A model generated the notes under the pieces. It was not told where the DNA came from, made no database searches, and saw only the letters and a list, made by a program, of their open reading frames with translations. DNA of 64,000 nucleotides from Tricharina praecox (taxonomy: Eukaryota): NCBI RefSeq assembly GCF_024521635.1, contig NW_026250416.1:744001-808000 (forward strand), read 5' to 3'. This document shows positions 63,648 to 64,000 of the stretch, piece by piece (position 1 is the stretch's first letter; the number at the start of each line of letters is the position of its first letter). Made by a program: the position numbers and the translations under genes.

Positions 63648-64000
63648 CTGTAATGCACGAATCAGCACCGAAACATCTACCAGAAGATATTGATCGCTTA
63701 CCTGTGACAGGCTACGACTCCTCGCAGTTGGAGTTGGCCGGTCCCTGCTCACCTGACTGCGTTGATGACGAGTGCAACTGCGTGGAGGCGTTGGTGTCCT
63801 CTAATTTGTTAAGCTCCTCCAAAGACACTCTGTCGGGGTTGGTATCGACAGCCATAACAGAGTCGTATTTCTGGTACCTCTCGGGGGACTCTACTCAATT
63901 TCTGGCCATTCGACAACGGGCTGATTGATGCTGTTCGCAGCAACACCACCATAAAGAGACGATGGTGGGTTGTCGTGGACACCTTGATGCTTCTGTTCAT

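Overview
Eukaryotic DNA, most likely from a filamentous ascomycete: ~45-57 nt GT-AG introns with CTAAC/CTGAC branch sites, and fungal chromovirus, Copia and Tad/I-like retroelements. The flanks (about 1-32.5 kb and 49.2-64 kb) carry mostly orphan, repeat-rich or degenerate genes. Recognisable ones are a 3-exon OTT_1508-like nucleic-acid deaminase, a BED-finger protein, a two-RRM protein and a C-terminal HeH/LEM-like exon. The centre (32.7-49.2 kb) is a 16.5 kb retroelement nest: a nearly intact Ty3/Gypsy chromovirus (35921-42111) plus six more complete or partial LTR segments and older copies of that family, two convergent Copia relics, and a 412-bp TRIM-like mini-retrotransposon. Both the chromovirus and the TRIM show Tf1-type tRNA-independent self-priming signatures, with different primer sequences. 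All domain calls are by-eye motif recognition; no searches were run.
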